A stretch of DNA of 64,000 nt from Hyaloraphidium curvatum SAG 235-1 (GCA_025558095.1 JAIVFI010000040.1:372001-436000); one strand, 5' to 3'. Positions 32,436-44,535 are shown, counted from the stretch's first letter. Numbers and translations: made by a program. The notes: a model not told the origin generated them from the letters alone.

Positions 32436-33716
32436 TCATTGTGTCGCCGCGAGCGCCTCTGCCAGCAGCTCGTACTTTGCCAGCGTCGCCGCCGCACGCT
32501 CGGCCCGTCCCGGCTCGCCGTCGACCGCGCGGACGAACTCGTCCAGTACGAGCGGGAAGTGGGCCTCGTGACCGGGGTCCAAGCCCTCGGGGATGACGAC
32601 CTCGAAGCCGGCAGGGGCATGCTGGACGGTCACGCCTTTGAGGTCCGGTCCCCAGGACTCGACGGCCGAACGGAGTGCGCTTCCAACGCTCTCGCGCTCC
32701 TCCTCCAGCAGGGGCACCACCAGCACGCGGGGCCGGAAGCCAGTCTTGGGGCTCACGACCACCCGCAGCTCCGACCTCGTCCCGCGCACCGTGGTGGCAT
32801 GCAAGTCCCCGCCGCCTTGAGGCTGCGTGAGCTCCCACCGCGTCGCGGTCTCCACCTCAACCCCTCGCAGCCGGAAGTGCAGGTCCGAGTTGCACAGGTA
32901 GCGCAGCGAGCCCCCCGCGACCTCACGGTGCACGGAGGGTGGAAAGTCCGGGGCGCCGGTGACGCGGCGGAAGGCCGCGAGGGGGACCTCGGTCGGCCAG
33001 AGGCGTGCCGAAAGCAGGTCCAGCTTCCGATCGTCATGGTTGCCGTGCCCCGCCAGCAGCCGTTGGGCTTCGTCGACGAGGTGGGTGGGAATGTCGGCGA
33101 CGCCGTTGCCCTGGGCGCGGACGTCAAAGTACCACGGCGGGCGGCGGAGGGGCGCGCCGTTGACGGTCTTTTCCAGGTGGTGCACGCTCTCCAGCCGGAT
33201 CACGGGGCCTGCGTCGGGGGCAAAGTGGCCAAAGACGTCTGGTTCGCCGACGAGCCGCTCCGTGAGCTTCGAGGAGACCGCGTGGCGACCTGTCATCATC
33301 TCGAACACGACCGGTCCTCCTGCGAGAGCCGACCGCACGTCGGAAATGCCGTCCGCGCTCGTCAGCCATGGTTTGTCGGCGAGCACGTGGAATCCCTCGG
33401 CATGAAGCCGCCGCAACCACGGCGCCTTGCGGTCGTTCCGGCCCGCGAGGACGACCGCGTCTGCGAGTCTGTCTGCGACCAGTTGCTCCAGCGCGTCGTC
33501 AGGCGCAACGCCCGATATCCGCACGTCCGGTTTCCATGCCGTCGGTCGGTCGGTCCGGGTGTTGAACGCCTCGACGAGGTCGAGGAAGGCGCGGAGTTCC
33601 GGCCCCTCCGGCGCGTAGACGAGGATCCGCTCGTCCACGGCGGGGTGAGGCTCACGCAGGACGAGCGCCGCGTGGAAGTGACCCGGCTCGAGGAAAGCGA
33701 GGACGTGTTTCCCCAT
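32436..33716 (-). CDS. Gfo/Idh/MocA-related putative oxidoreductase (Oxidoreduct_C type), intronless, bacterial-like
   Basis: EPGHFHAALV, VYAPEGPEL, FNTR..PTAW, HVLADKPW, ESVHHLEKTVNGAPLRRPPWYFDVRAQGNGVADIPTHLVD, GHEAHF. Confidence 0.8.
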   Translation of the reverse strand: MGKHVLAFLEPGHFHAALVLREPHPAVDERILVYAPEGPELRAFLDLVEAFNTRTDRPTAWKPDVRISGVAPDDALEQLVADRLADAVVLAGRNDRKAPWLRRLHAEGFHVLADKPWLTSADGISDVRSALAGGPVVFEMMTGRHAVSSKLTERLVGEPDVFGHFAPDAGPVIRLESVHHLEKTVNGAPLRRPPWYFDVRAQGNGVADIPTHLVDEAQRLLAGHGNHDDRKLDLLSARLWPTEVPLAAFRRVTGAPDFPPSVHREVAGGSLRYLCNSDLHFRLRGVEVETATRWELTQPQGGGDLHATTVRGTRSELRVVVSPKTGFRPRVLVVPLLEEERESVGSALRSAVESWGPDLKGVTVQHAPAGFEVVIPEGLDPGHEAHFPLVLDEFVRAVDGEPGRAERAAATLAKYELLAEALAATQ

Positions 33717-33818
33717 CGTAAATGCAGATCCCAGGCGCCGATGCGGTCAGACGCGCCGCGGAGGTCTCGGCGCGAATCGCGACCTCTCAGAGGTGCTCGG
33801 ACTTTTGCCGTTCCCGCG

Positions 33819-35745
33819 ATGGAGGCTACTGCGCGCGAGGTAGCCCTCCGCTGCCTCCGATTCCTCGATCTCTCTCCATCGGATTATGCGATTGCCTCGG
33901 ACTCCGTAGCGCGGACCGGCCTGGTCCCGACAGAGGGCCTGGTGGTCCCCTCGCCCTTCAAGGTCACCGAGCTGTCGTCGGGAATCCTTGCCGCGATTGG
34001 CGCCGTCTGCAACCTCATTTCGAAGGAGCGGATAGCGAAGGAGCAGGAGATTACCGTGGACATGGGCCACGCGACCGCAACCATGAGTTCCCACTTCACG
34101 TATCGGTGGATGTCTCCCACCCCGTACCTCGACGGTTCGCTGACGGTCCGGACGACAGGGTCGACAATCTCTCCGCTCCGGAATCCGCCGGTCTCCTGGC
34201 GCGGCACCACTCGGATCCCAACGACCGGTTGCGGGGATGGCGCGGGATTGTCGCGAGCGCTTTCCGGTGCGCGGACGGACGCTACATCGTCTTTGTTCCG
34301 CGGCCTCTGGACACGCCGGAAAAGCTGCTGCCCGCCATCGGCTTCGAGAGCAAAGAGGTGGATGAGATGGTGAGCTTGCTGGGCACCCCGGACGGCAGGT
34401 GAAGATCCTTTGGCGGAGCGCTTCGTTGCTGTTGCTGATTGGCTCCGGCAGACGGGAACACGCGAAGCGGCTCACCGAAAAGATCGCGTCCTGGAACTCG
34501 TCGGACCTCGAAAAGAGCATCATATCCCGAAGCGCGACCGCGGGCATCGTCGGCCTGACCGAGGATGATTTTCTGGCCAGTCCGCACGGCCGTGCCGCCA
34601 AGATGGCACCCGCCTTCGAGATCCTTCCCGCCAAGCCGTCACCCGCGTGGCAGCCGACCCCCTGGACGAGGATCTCGAAACCCCTACACGGCATCCTGCA
34701 CGGCATCAAGGTGGTCGAGATCAGCCGGGTCCTCCTCGGCCCGAGGACCGGCTGCCTCCTCGCCGCACTCGGTGCCAGCGTGGTCCGCGTGAACCCGCCC
34801 AACATCGACGAGGGCCTGGGCGCGGTGGACGTCAACCTTGGAAAGCTCTCGCTGCTGTTGGACCTCAAGAAGCCGGACGACAGGAAGAAGTTCGAGGAGC
34901 TCCTGGACGAGTGCGACGTCTTCATCACCAACAACACGCCCGGCGTGGCGGAGAAGCTCGGCGCGGGGATCGAGGACATGTGGCGCCGGATCGCAGGGAG
35001 AAGCAGGGGCATGGTCTATGCCCAGGCCAATTGCTTTGGCTTCCGCGGTCCGTATTCCGGCGTGGGAGGCTACGAGCAGCTCGCGCAGTTCTTGTCGGGC
35101 GTCGCGAGTACCCACGGTGAGTATCACCGCTATGACGGGCCCGTCGAGAAGGGGCGGCCGACCTTCATTCCTACGAATGGTGGGTATCAGCTTGCTTGAT
35201 CTCGTCCTCCTTTTGGCTCATCGCCTGCCTGTTTAGTGCTCGACATCTGCACGGGCCACTTTCTCGCACTGGGCATCATCGGAGCTCTCAACCGCCGGGC
35301 TCGAGATGGCGGCTCCTGCGTCGTACAGAACTCGCTGCTACAAACCGCAATGTTCCTGCAGACGCTGGACCGGCTTCCAAGGCCCGAGGTCGAAAAAGCC
35401 TGGGCTCGTTTCGCACCCGAGCCGGCGACCATCGATTCCGAGCGCGGCGGCGGCACCGTCGGCTGGTTCTGCGCGTTCCAGTGCGCGCAGCTCCCCGTGG
35501 GCAGCCCATGGGCGTTCAAGGAAGAGTACTACCTGCCCATCGAGGACTCCCCGTGGCTCCCGCCGGGACACGTGCTGCACGTGGTCAGGCCCGCGCTTTC
35601 CATGGATTCGACGCCGGTGCGGCACCGCATTTCGACGCGGCCGATGGGATGGGACTCGGTGGCGTCGTTTCCCGATCTCGAGGAAGGGGGCGATCTTGTC
35701 TTCGAAGAGGGCGGGCGGGCTAGATATGTTGGCCACAGGAAGTGA
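33819..35745 (+). CDS. CoA-transferase family III (CaiB/BaiF)
   Basis: LHGIKVVEISRVLLGP, LAALGASVVRV, NLGKLSLLLDLK, DVFITNNTPG, GYEQLAQFLSG, DICTG (catalytic Asp position). Three introns. Confidence 0.88.
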
Positions 35746-35943
35746 AATTCGAAGAACATCCGTGTCCGTGGACTTGAGTAACGACGATTACGATTATTTG
35801 CGGAGCGTCGCGGATCTCCACACGCGGCGGGGAATCGCGATGGGTGTGCTCGGATCGATCGATCGAGCCCTGTCGGCCAGGGCCTGCTGGGGGGACAACC
35901 CCGTCGCCGAGGTGATTCCCTCTCCGGACGGTCGGGGGACGCG

Positions 35944-38721
35944 ATGTCGTCCACGAAAGTGTGGGACGACGACCTGAAGGACTGGGTCGACGCTCCTGCC
36001 TCTGCGGGAGGGAGTTCGGGGCCCGGAACCGCCACGGACGCCATCGCGCCCTACGGCGTCACCGTCGCGTCTCCGGCGACGCTGGAGAATGCCGGGGATG
36101 TAGAGACGCGGGGGTTGTCGGCGGTGAACGGCACGTCATCGCCGACGGACGGGGATGCCACGGCCGCGCCGTCGGCCGTCGAGCTCGAGGTGCTCCCACC
36201 TCCCAAGGGCAGGACGGTCGAATTCGACGCTCTCCTTCCGAATCCTTCCTCTTCGGGCGCCAAGTCGCCCTTCTCCTTCCCCCTCTTTGTCGAAGGGGAC
36301 TACAACGACGTGTTCGAGGAGCACGTCGGACCTCTGGTGGAGGATGTGAACTACGACACGACCTTCAGGGTCCTCCAGATCCGGCAGCTGGAGCGGAAAC
36401 GGACCGGAGTCTATGAAAAGGGCGGCTGGCTCAAGCTGTTCGCCACATTCATTATCCTTATCCTGGGGGCCACGCTCATGGTTGTCTGGGCGGCTGCGGG
36501 CGCCCCTCCCTTGACTTTGAGTATCATCGTTGTCATGGTCTTTGTGCCGGTGAGCTTGATCATTATATGGTTGACCGTGAGTGGTGTCTGGGGCACCCGT
36601 ATCGGGTCATGCTGACACCGTCCCCAAGTCGGCAAGGTTCAAGCTCCTCATTTGGATCTTGGTCGCGGCGGCCATCGTCTACTTTATCCTGATCTGGGTC
36701 TACGGCAGCAGCCCGGAATCGGACTACATCTACGCGCGGAACGTCTTCTTCTGGGTCTTTGTAACCGTGTTTGGCACGCTGATGCTCGGCTACGTTTTCT
36801 TCTTCTACGTCTGGCCGCGCGTCCTCATGGGCGACCTGAAATCCATCCAGCTGGACGTGCAGATCAAGGACCAGTGGGACATCGAGCCCGCCTTGGGGCC
36901 CAAGGGGGAGCCGACGGGGTTCTTCAAGTACAGGACGTACGACGGCGGCCTGACAAGGAAAACGCGGTATTTCAACTACCGGGGCCAGGTCAACGAGAAG
37001 AAGCAGCCGCATGGGCTCGGAGAATGGCACGACGACGCCTACATCGGCGAGTGCATGAGGGGATACTTCGACAACGGCATCCCGGTTGGGCCATGTGAGG
37101 GGACCCCCGTCCGAGGTTGCGCCTCCCAACTCACCCCGTGCGCTCCTTCCAAGTCATCTCGCGGGAATTCGGCACCTCCAACCAGTTCGCCGCCGTCCGG
37201 CTGGTGTACTGGCGCAACGTGCGCGACAAGTGGGACGAGTACTGCTACGTCCGGAACCCGGGCGGACCGGCGTGGGGCGCCGCGAGGGGGGAGTGCTCGG
37301 TGGGCGGGAACTTCTTTTCCATGTGGGTCGGGCGGGCGGCGTGGACTTTCAGGGGCTGATCCGGCGGCACAGGTACCCGCTCGCGGAGCAGTTGATCGCA
37401 CCGACGTTCCCCGCGGACGAGCCCGACATCGTGAAGAAGGTGTTTGATTGCGTCGCCGTCGGTGGGCAATGGGCGCGGTTCCTCCCACCGCACGCCTCCT
37501 CACCGCGCCCCGCCCGCCAGGTCTGCCGCCCGTCCCCGCGGGCGTCAAGCGCGAAGCCCTCATCATCCTCCACGGCATGAACTCTCCTCTAGGTGAGATC
37601 GGCACGACGTGCATGCCCCGATGGGCATCGCCTAACAGCAACCTCTAGAGTACGCGTGCGGGACGTACTCGCAGCTCATGACGCTCGCCAAGTTCCCCAC
37701 GCACATCATCGTGCCCATCATGTTCAGCTGGCCCGGGGGCAACCTGTTCAGCTTCAAGAAGGCCCAGGAACAGGCGCTGGACCCGGCGTGGAGGGAGGAG
37801 TTCAAGGCGTTCGTCAAGACGCTGCACGACGAGCAGGGGTTCGAGATATTCCACATCATCAACCACAGGTTCGCGGGCGAACACTGCGATCCTTCGCGAC
37901 CTGACGTCCGTCGTTCTTCCGGTCTTCAGCATGGGCGCTAGGGTGACGGTCAACATGAGCGCCGTGTTCCCCGAGATCTTCGAGCAGGTCGGCCCGTACG
38001 GGGAGCTGCCCGACTTCGACACCGACCCGACCAAGCCGGACCTGCCCATCCCCGAGGGGCCGCGGAAGCCGCGGCTCATGAGCATCACCTTCCTCAACGG
38101 CGAGGGTTCCATCGAGGAGTTCCGGCGGATGTTCCCGGCCATGCGGTCCGTGTGCCCCATCATCACGGCCTACGGGGACACCGGGGACTGGGCGCTGATG
38201 TTCAGCCGGATCATCACGGGAGAGAAGATGATCGGACGGCAGCTCGACACCCTGTACGTCGAGCCCGGCGACCCGGACTACGCGGCGCTGGGTGCGGACC
38301 GGGAGGGCACGCTCAAGCGGCTGAGCCCGAGCCAGATCCCGCCGTCGCACCGCGGGGGGAAGGCGGACGATATGGCGTTCCTGCGGCGGTTCAACCGCAA
38401 GTACTTTGACATGGTGGGTGGGCCCGTCGTTGAAGAGGGTGCGCGGCTCACCACTTTTGTGCGGCAGGACGTGATTTCGACCGACTGCCTCCAGACAAAC
38501 GTCCAAGCACTGCGACACGTCTACTTGTAAGTGGCGTCCGACACAATCAGCTCCCATCTCTGATTGCCCTACCGCTTCGCAGCCAGTTCAACCGGCAGTT
38601 CATGGACGACCTGCGGGAGATCATCGTCGACAAGCGGCGGGCGAGGTACCGGCAGAACGTCTCGCTGAGGGAGGGCAACGTCTACGGGTTCTTGAACGTG
38701 CCTCCCTACGTGACGCTGTAG
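35944..38721 (+). CDS. Membrane protein (4 TM) with a C-terminal alpha/beta-hydrolase (DUF900-like) domain
   Basis: Four hydrophobic helices at 36430-36810; then LIILHGMNS, FSWPGG, spliced IINHSMGARV nucleophile elbow, YGDTGDWAL, D.ISTDCLQTNVQALRH. Many short introns; stop TAG at 38719-38721. Confidence 0.7.
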
Positions 38722-39106
38722 GGGCGTTTGTCTCGAGTGTTTATTGGCGATTGGCGGGATGTTTGTCACGCCACCAGGCTCAGTCGGTGGGGTGATCGGC
38801 GGTGGAGGGTCGTGCGAGGAGAGCACGAGTAAGGGTGATCGAGCGGAAAGAAGGCAGTTTCGGGCCGGAGGCGGCCTTTGCAGAGCGCGGATGGCGGTTG
38901 CGCAGAAGGAACGCGATCTGGCAACGCAGGGACGATGTTATTTGGAGGAATCTGTCCCGCGATCTCGCTATGTTGACCATGTTTGGGCAATCACATGCGT
39001 GGGATACAACGGGTCCAGGCACCGCCTCTTCCAAAGCTCGCACCCGGCGCCGCGCGTCCAGAGACCGCAGAGCGCTCCCCGCATTCCTCAGCGCGCCTTC
39101 CGAAAC

Positions 39107-40531
39107 ATGGCGCTCGTCCCCGGCCCGGTGGACCCGGCGTGGCGCCAGGCGTGGGCGGCCCACGTCGCCGACATCCGCTCGGACGTGCCCTTCGAAGAGG
39201 GCGCGGCCCGCATGCGTCAGGTCGTCCGCTCCAAGCTGCTCCTGCACACGGACATCTACTCGGATCCGGCCAAGTTCTTCGAGGCCCACCGGCTGATCGT
39301 CGACCCGCTGAAGCGCGGGCCAGGGTCGGGGATCCGGCTCACGGTGCACTTCAACCTGTTTGCCGGGACGGTCCTCGGGCTCGGTGGGCCCGAACATGCC
39401 GAGGTGCTGAAGGGGATGCAGGACAGGGGGGAGCTCGGGTGCTTCGCCCTCACGGAGCGCTTCGCCGGAGTGAACAGCGGCCTCGTTGTCAACACAACGG
39501 CAACTTGGCTGCCGGAGAAGCAGTGCTTCGTGCTGCACTGCCCCGACGACGGCGCGGTCAAGAACTGGATCAGCCAGGCGCTCACGTCCACCAAGGCCGC
39601 CGTCGTCGCCGACCTGCGCGTGGCCGGCAAGAGCTACGGGCCCCACGCATTCCTGGTCGACCTCCGCAACAAGGACGGGCATCTCGCCCAGGGCATCACC
39701 ATGGGCGACATGGGGATCAAGACGACGGGGAACGACCTGGACAATGCCTGGGTGCGGTTCGACGGCGCCGAGGTGCCCAAGTCCGCGCTGCTCAACAGGT
39801 TCGCCGACATACGGGACGACAAGTACGTCCAGACGACCAAGGAACGGATGCGGATCGAGATCATCGGCGGCCGCCTGCTCACGGGCCGCGTGGCCATCGC
39901 CCAGGCCTCGCTGGTGTTTGCGCGGAAGCTGTTCGAGAGCACGCGCAGGTTCGCGTCGGGCAAGCAGTGCTGGATCCCTGGCGGCCGCGTGCCGCTGGGC
40001 CGGGTGCCGCACATCGCCGCCGTGCTTGCCGAGGCCGACAAGAAGCTCGGCCGCATGGACGCGTACATGGCCGCGGTCGAGGCGGCCCTCTCCAAGTGCC
40101 TCGTCGCCGGAAAGATCCCCGACGCCCGCCTCGTGGAGGCCATCGCCGTGGGCAAGATTGCAGCGGTCGAGACGGCGATCGCGCTGTGCGACGAGCTCAA
40201 GCACGAGGTCGGGTCGTACGCCCTCATGGCCGGCACGGGCTTCGAGCACCTCGAGTTCCTGACCATGTGCAAGTTTGCCGAGGGCGACTCGAGGATACTG
40301 GCCATCAAGATCGCGCGGGACAGGCTGCGGGGGTTCCAGCACGCCAAGGTCGACAAGGAGGGCGCCGGGAAGGGTGCCGAGACGGAGGAGGATCGGCTGT
40401 GCGCGAAGATCGCGTCGGCGGGCAAGGACGGGTTCGAGAGGGAGTACAAGACCGTGTTTGCCCTCGCAGAGAGCGTGATCGAGCGCACGATCACCGAGTG
40501 GACGGTGTGGCCGGCGAAGGCGAAGATATGA
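39107..40531 (+). CDS. Acyl-CoA oxidase/dehydrogenase, probably peroxisomal, intronless
   Basis: TVHFNLFAGTV, GCFALTE, GAVKNWIS, GPHAFLV, DMGIK..NDLDNAWVRF, FAEGDSRIL; C-terminal -AKI is PTS1-like. Confidence 0.88.
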   Translation: MALVPGPVDPAWRQAWAAHVADIRSDVPFEEGAARMRQVVRSKLLLHTDIYSDPAKFFEAHRLIVDPLKRGPGSGIRLTVHFNLFAGTVLGLGGPEHAEVLKGMQDRGELGCFALTERFAGVNSGLVVNTTATWLPEKQCFVLHCPDDGAVKNWISQALTSTKAAVVADLRVAGKSYGPHAFLVDLRNKDGHLAQGITMGDMGIKTTGNDLDNAWVRFDGAEVPKSALLNRFADIRDDKYVQTTKERMRIEIIGGRLLTGRVAIAQASLVFARKLFESTRRFASGKQCWIPGGRVPLGRVPHIAAVLAEADKKLGRMDAYMAAVEAALSKCLVAGKIPDARLVEAIAVGKIAAVETAIALCDELKHEVGSYALMAGTGFEHLEFLTMCKFAEGDSRILAIKIARDRLRGFQHAKVDKEGAGKGAETEEDRLCAKIASAGKDGFEREYKTVFALAESVIERTITEWTVWPAKAKI

Positions 40532-41228
40532 GGGACGGATCAAAAAGCTAGTGAACAGTAGTCGCACTACCCTGGTTGTTGGGAAGAACAGTAGAAGCAG
40601 TTGGCGGTGGTGGCATGCTAGTGGCGGCAAAGTGCACATCGCGACGAGGTCTCCCGTGAGCTGGAGCGCCGAATCGCGGCACAAAAGCTGGCGCGTATGC
40701 CTCTTGGTCTCTCTCTGCTGCGGAAACCTGAGCAGGAAGATTAGTCCCGCACGGCCTCTCCCCTCCCATAAGCTTTGCCGGGGAGCTGAACGTCTTCTCC
40801 GGCGGAGGAGCCGGTTCGGTTTTCGAACTTGTCGCGCAAAGAGACCCTGAGAAGAGCGGGGTGTTTTGGCGGGGGCTGGTGAGCCGAGTAGTAGGGGCCG
40901 CATCGGAGACCGTGGGGCCCAGAACCGGGCTGACGGCCGGCGGTCCGATCCCGCCGCGGCAGACGATCGGGTCCTGGGGGGCGGCGACAGGAGCCGGAGG
41001 TCGAGCCAACGGGCATGAACGGGTCGTGCCGAGCCATCCGATCCTCTGGCTGTCCTGTGGTGTCTAAGATCGGCAGAGGCTCAGTTGCGGGCGGGCGGGA
41101 TCTAGGTCAGGGTCCACGAATCATCATCGCCGCTGGTCCCTCCCCAACCCCGATCTTCACGAACCGGTTCTCGCGGCGGGACGAGGACCTCAGCGCTCAC
41201 CGAGGTCGCAAGGTCAATCGTCGCCCCG

Positions 41229-42443
41229 ATGTGCCGCCTGCTTGCGTTCCAGTCGGTCGAGCCCGTGCCGCTCGCCGACCTCCTTCTCCGCCCGTCCAAC
41301 TCGCTGCGGCAACAGGCCTCGGACGCGGTCTGCTTCACGCCTTGGCTGCCCCCCAACCCCGCGCGCAACCGCGCCGTCAACCCCGACGGGCACGGCTTCG
41401 GGTACTACGCCGGGGGCGCACCACCCACCGTGTACCGCTCGCCGCTGCCGGCGTGGACGGACCCCGGCCTGGAACCGGCAGTGGGTGACGCTTCCACGGC
41501 CATGTTGTTGGCGCACGTGCGGGCTGCGTCGCCGGGGCTGCCCAAGTTCGCCCCCGACTGCTGCCAGCCCTTCCGTTTCGGCCGCATGCTCTTCACAGAG
41601 AACGGAGGCATCGGCGGCTTCAAACCCGGCGGCGAGCTTCAGGCGGCGCTGCAGAAGGAGATGGACCCCGACGTGCTCGCCTGGCTGGGTAACTCGGTCA
41701 GCGACACCGCGCACGTGTTCGCGATCTTTCTCACCGTGCTCCGGAGGCGCGGCGGGCGACCCGGCGAGGCCTGCAACCCCCCCGCGCTGCTCGCCGCGGC
41801 CCTGCGGGAGGCCGTACGCTGGATCGGGCTGATTCAGCTTGCCTCGGACCTGCCCCGCGAAAAGCTGGCGAGCAGCTTCAACCTGTGCCTCGCGGACGGC
41901 GCCTGCATCTTGGCCACACGGGGCAGATGCGCGTTCGGCCCCGAGGGATTCGAGCTGCAGGAGGCGCCGTCGCTGTACTTTGCGCACGGGACGAGGGTCT
42001 GGTTCGACGAGGGGGCAGGGGACCTGAGGCTGAAGCACGACGGGGGCCGCGCCAAGGTCGCCGTGGTGTCGTCGGAGCCGCTCGTCATGGGCGACGTCGA
42101 GGGGTTCAGCGACTGGGGTTTCGAGGTCGTCGATGACAACTCAATGGTCATTGTGGAGCGCAGGACGTACAGGGACGGGTCGGACTACCTCCACGTGCAG
42201 CGGAGCGAGCTCTTCCTTCCCCTGCAGGTCGAAGGCCTTGGAGGATTGCCCTTGGACCTCCTCGGCGTTCGCCGCTACCTATCTTGCGCGGAGTTTTGCG
42301 CGCTCTGCGAAGCGTCTTTCGAATCCCTCCTCGCTGCAGCCATCCACCGCACATTAGGACACACGGACGACCTCCATTTCTTTGGCGAGCAGGCGGATCT
42401 GCGGCCTCCGGGACTGCTGCAATGCGTTGCCGGCGAAGGATGA
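41229..42443 (+). CDS. Class II glutamine amidotransferase (Dug3/EgtC-like Ntn hydrolase)
   Basis: N-terminal MCR nucleophile, NPDGHGFGYY, LAHVRAAS, FTENGGIGGF, VVSSEPL. Confidence 0.82.
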   Translation: MCRLLAFQSVEPVPLADLLLRPSNSLRQQASDAVCFTPWLPPNPARNRAVNPDGHGFGYYAGGAPPTVYRSPLPAWTDPGLEPAVGDASTAMLLAHVRAASPGLPKFAPDCCQPFRFGRMLFTENGGIGGFKPGGELQAALQKEMDPDVLAWLGNSVSDTAHVFAIFLTVLRRRGGRPGEACNPPALLAAALREAVRWIGLIQLASDLPREKLASSFNLCLADGACILATRGRCAFGPEGFELQEAPSLYFAHGTRVWFDEGAGDLRLKHDGGRAKVAVVSSEPLVMGDVEGFSDWGFEVVDDNSMVIVERRTYRDGSDYLHVQRSELFLPLQVEGLGGLPLDLLGVRRYLSCAEFCALCEASFESLLAAAIHRTLGHTDDLHFFGEQADLRPPGLLQCVAGEG

Positions 42444-42881
42444 ACATGGCACCCCTGGAGACGTGCGAAAAGCGCTCCACGCAAGCATCAGGCTGGAGCC
42501 CCTCCAATCTAAGAATCCTGCTATCATACTGCTTTGGAGAGTAGCGTGCTGGCTGCACGCGGCCCCTATGCACGGCAAGTGAAAAAGGCGGAGGGAGCGA
42601 ACCGCACCGCCACTGCTGCGAGAGGCACCCCGGGTATATGGAATTAGTTTTCAGGCCGGGACCGGACAGCCCAATTGTCAATTGCGAGAATATACTGCTG
42701 CTCATTCCTGCTGGATGGATGAGATCCGCGTTTGGTGTGAGTCGGTGGCGAGGCTTGCCGACGCGACAAACCTCTCCCCGAAGCGTCGACCTCGGAAGCG
42801 CAACGACGACGGCCGGGAACCGGGATCCGCTGCTTTGTCCGCAGCCACAGAACTTGAGCGGGTCGCCGTCCGAGATTGGAC

Positions 42882-43917
42882 ATGAACTTCGCCGGGAAGC
42901 TCGCCGCCATCTCCGGCGGGGGCGCCGGCATGGGCCGCGAGCTCGTGCTGCGGCTGGCCAAGGCCGGCTCGCGCGTGGCATTCTGCGATTTTCTGCCCAA
43001 AAATATCGGAGAGACGCTGGAGATTGTCGGGAAGGAGGTGCCCGGGGCGAAAGTTACGGGCCACCGGGCCGACGTGACGAAGGAGGAGGACTGGAAACGA
43101 TTTCGGAAGGAAACACTGGAGCAACATGATTCGGAGCACGTGAGATGGGCCGCCGAGGACGACAAGCGGCTCCCTGACAAACTGCGTGACCCTCTCTGCT
43201 CCTTGGGACCTCTCGGCCCCCAACCGACCCTCCGAACCGCTCTCGTTCGACTAGCTGGACCTCCTATTCAACAATGCGGGCATCGGGATCCCCACCAGCA
43301 TGGTCACCACACCGCGGGACCAGTTCGACAAGGTCTTCGACGTGTGCTACAACGGCGTCTACCTGGGCTGCCGGACCTTCATGGGCGACCTCGTGAAGTC
43401 GCCCGAGGCACGGATCGTCAACACCGCGTCGGCAAACGCGTTCCATGCCGTGCTGGGGATCCCGCCGGGGTGGCCGCACGTGTCCTGTGGGTTTCGTCCG
43501 GCGCGGACTTCGATCCACCCCTGATCGTCAGTTTTCTCAGACTCTGCCGCCAAATTTGCCGTCCGCGGACTCACGGAGGCCCTAGTCGTGGACCTTCGGA
43601 CGAACGCGCCCAATGTCAAGGCGCACCTCGTGATGCCCGGCCACATCGGTACCAAGATCGGCTCGCACACCTCCCAAGTCATGGGGGGCGACAAGGTGCC
43701 GGACGAACTGATGGACGGGTTTGTGAACAAAGCGGCCACGTCGCCGAAACAGGCCGCGGAAATCATCCTGAAGGGGGTTAAGGAGGGGAGGTGGAGGATC
43801 CTGGTGGGGCCGGACGCAGAGTTCATCGACGCCAAGGTGCGCGCGGATCCGGAGCGGGCGTACGAGCCAGAGTTCATGGCCGAGATTGCGGCGGCGGGGA
43901 TGGAGGTCAAAGTCTGA
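42882..43917 (+). CDS. Short-chain dehydrogenase/reductase
   Basis: FAGKLAAISGGGAGMG, spliced LDLLFNNAGI, IVNTASAN, spliced YSAAKFAVRGLTEAL, VMPGHIGTKI. Two introns. Confidence 0.9.
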
Positions 43918-44535
43918 CGGCGAGGCTATGGGCTGTATTCGGCGCCGGCTTCAGACGGGACCTTGTAGATCTCTTGGATCTCGCGTTCTCTCCGGATCAC
44001 CTATAGAACATCTATTGAATCTCCCCGCTCCGACGCAACCGCATAACATCGCATTCCAAGCGGCAGTCGGGAGGACGCAAACCCGCCCGCCGCCGACCGC
44101 CCGAGAGCCACACAGATGACTCGCATTCCGCGCTCTGGTCGCATGCTGCGCCAGATAGCTGTCCGCGACTCCATGACTCCTGCCTAGCTCAGCGTGATTG
44201 GCTGCCAGCTTTAGAGGACGGTGTCCGATTACCATTCCGGGAGGACTGGTCACAAAGAGTAGCGGACCCTACGACGCCGCAAGTTTACGCCTTCCGAGGC
44301 GGTGGAACGCCGGTTGCTTCAAGCTCCTTCAGAAGTCGCACGAGGAGGAAAGCATTATGCCGACACACCAGGAGTGCCTCGACGCCAAACCTTTTGGGGC
44401 GCGGACGGCCTTGACTCATCACCGGCATCGGCCAGTCGGAGGTTCGTTCTAGGCCCGCCGAGTCAGCCTCGAATTGTGCCGCCGTCCAGAAGAGAAAGAG
44501 AAAACGGCCCCTCCATCAGTGCCCTTACTGGAGCT

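Noticed and set aside
29428-35745. Bacterial contamination or chimeric contig
   Set aside because: Bacterial-like genes are interleaved with, or themselves carry, spliceosomal introns with the same signals as the rest of the window.
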